From Eledone cirrhosa (taxonomy: Eukaryota): a DNA stretch of 64,000 bases. Below are positions 62,559-64,000 of this stretch, piece by piece; the first letter of the stretch is position 1, and each line of letters opens with the position of its first letter. The stretch spans positions 59,334,001-59,398,000 of the forward strand of contig OZ024741.1 of the NCBI GenBank assembly GCA_964016885.1, read 5' to 3'. Both the position numbers and the translations under genes were made by a program. The notes under the pieces were generated by a model, which worked only from the letters and a program-made list of their open reading frames with translations, was not told the DNA's origin and did no database searches.

Positions 62559-62682
62559 TATATATATATATTATATATATTATATGTATATACTATATAT
62601 ATATATATATATATTATATATATTATATGTATATACTATATATATATATATATTATATATTATATATATTATATGTATATAC

Positions 62683-62714
<32 letters not shown>

Positions 62715-62907
62715 TATATATATTATATGTATATACTATATATATATATATATATTATATATATTATATGGATATACTATATATATATATATATATATAT
62801 TATATATTATATATATTATATGTATATACTATATATATATATATATATATTATATATTATATATATTATATGTATATACTATATATTATATATATCATAT
62901 ATATATA

Positions 62908-63693
62908 GATGCCCTATTCTTAGTGAGACAACTACAAGAGAGGTTCTTGGAGAAGAATAAGCCACTATAATTAGCTTTTGTTGACCTAGAGAAGGCCTTT
63001 GATAGGGTTCCCTGACCTGTCATCTGGTGGTCCCTAAAGAAACTAGGTGTAGAGGAATGGCTTGTTAGGACAGTGCAAGCTATGTATAGGGGTGCTGTCA
63101 GTAAAGTGAGAATAAGAATGGAGTTTAGTGAGGAATTCCAGATGCAAGTAGGAGTAAATCAGGGTTCGGTTCTCAGCCCTCTCTTGTTCATTATAGTCCT
63201 CCAAGCCATAACAGAGGAGTTTAAGACTAGCTGCCCATGGGAACTTCTCTATGCTGATGATCTGGTACTTATAACAGAATCAGTAGAGGAGTGAGAGAAT
63301 AAATTATGGCTATAGAAACAGCAGTTGGAATCAAGAGGACTGAGAGTGAACATAGCTAAGACAAAAGTGTTGCTAAGTAGAAAAGAGTACAAAACTCTGA
63401 TTCCATCAGGGAAATGGCCATATTTGATATGTAGAAAAGGAGTTGGCATAAATTCTATAAAATGTACACAATGCAGATCTTTGGTACACAAGAAATGTAG
63501 TGGGATAGCAGGCAAAATAGGTAGGGAAAATTACCTGTTAGTGGGCGAGGGTAGTGAGAGCCGATCTCAGATCGCTGAAGCTCACGGAGGAGATGACGAA
63601 GGACCGTGACAAGTGGAGAGATGCTGTGCTGAATACGACCTGTCCCACGCTTGCAAGCAGGGAAAAGCAGACGTAAACTGATGATGATGATGA
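62908..63693 (+). mobile_element. RTE-clade LINE, 5'-truncated and internally deleted
   Basis: AFVDLEKAFDRV; GVNQGSVLSPLLF; LLYADDLVL; deletion near 63540 relative to the 30-kb copy; (GAT)n tail. Confidence 0.9.
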
Positions 63694-63719
63694 TATATAT
63701 ATATATATATATATATATA

Positions 63720-63975
63720 TCATCATCATCATCATCATCAACGTTTAACGTCCGTGTTCCACGCTTGCATGGGTTTGGACGGGGGTAGTCCCACTTGAGG
63801 CAAGAGTGATTGTCTTGCTCGCATAGGACTGTCTGGCAGGTTTTCTACAGTTGGATGCCCTTCCTAACACCAACCACATTTACAGTGTGGGTCTGGGAGG
63901 TTTTTACCGTGTTGCCTACACGGCCACATTACAGCGTGGACTGTGTGTTTTTTTGTCGTGACACCTACACGATCT
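63720..63975 (-). mobile_element. SINE 3' region with (GAT)n tail
   Basis: Homologous to 23515-23780 and 12556-12720. Confidence 0.7.
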
Positions 63976-64000
63976 CATTTGTTTCGGCCTCGATGGCGCG

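Overview
AT-rich, microsatellite-laden eukaryotic repeat region with no supportable host gene. The SINE, RTE and (TA)n make-up resembles a cephalopod (Octopus-like) genome, which is an inference. Nearly all long IY/YI ORFs in the track are artefacts of (TA)n arrays. Real content: two decayed Ty3/Gypsy LTR retrotransposons of CsRn1 type (24.5-29.9 kb +, 51.3-57.4 kb -), each with an unusual internal rearrangement; at least five Penelope-like element (PLE) RT/GIY-YIG fragments; RTE LINE fragments (one family with a PHD-like finger downstream of RT motif C); tRNA-derived SINEs; MITEs; and a decayed DNA transposase. The main hidden signal, absent from the ORF track, is a dense set of minimal type I hammerhead ribozyme (HHR) motifs: about 13 near-complete plus several decayed, from many distinct families. 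They sit in PLE pseudo-LTRs, in a ~511-bp tandem retrozyme-like unit, and in short non-coding foldback inserts within (TA)n tracts. They show recurring non-canonical features: a CCGAAGA core, Y.Y mismatches at 10.1/11.1, stem II expansions of 80-100 nt, and palindromic stem III. All motifs were read by eye and none was tested for activity.
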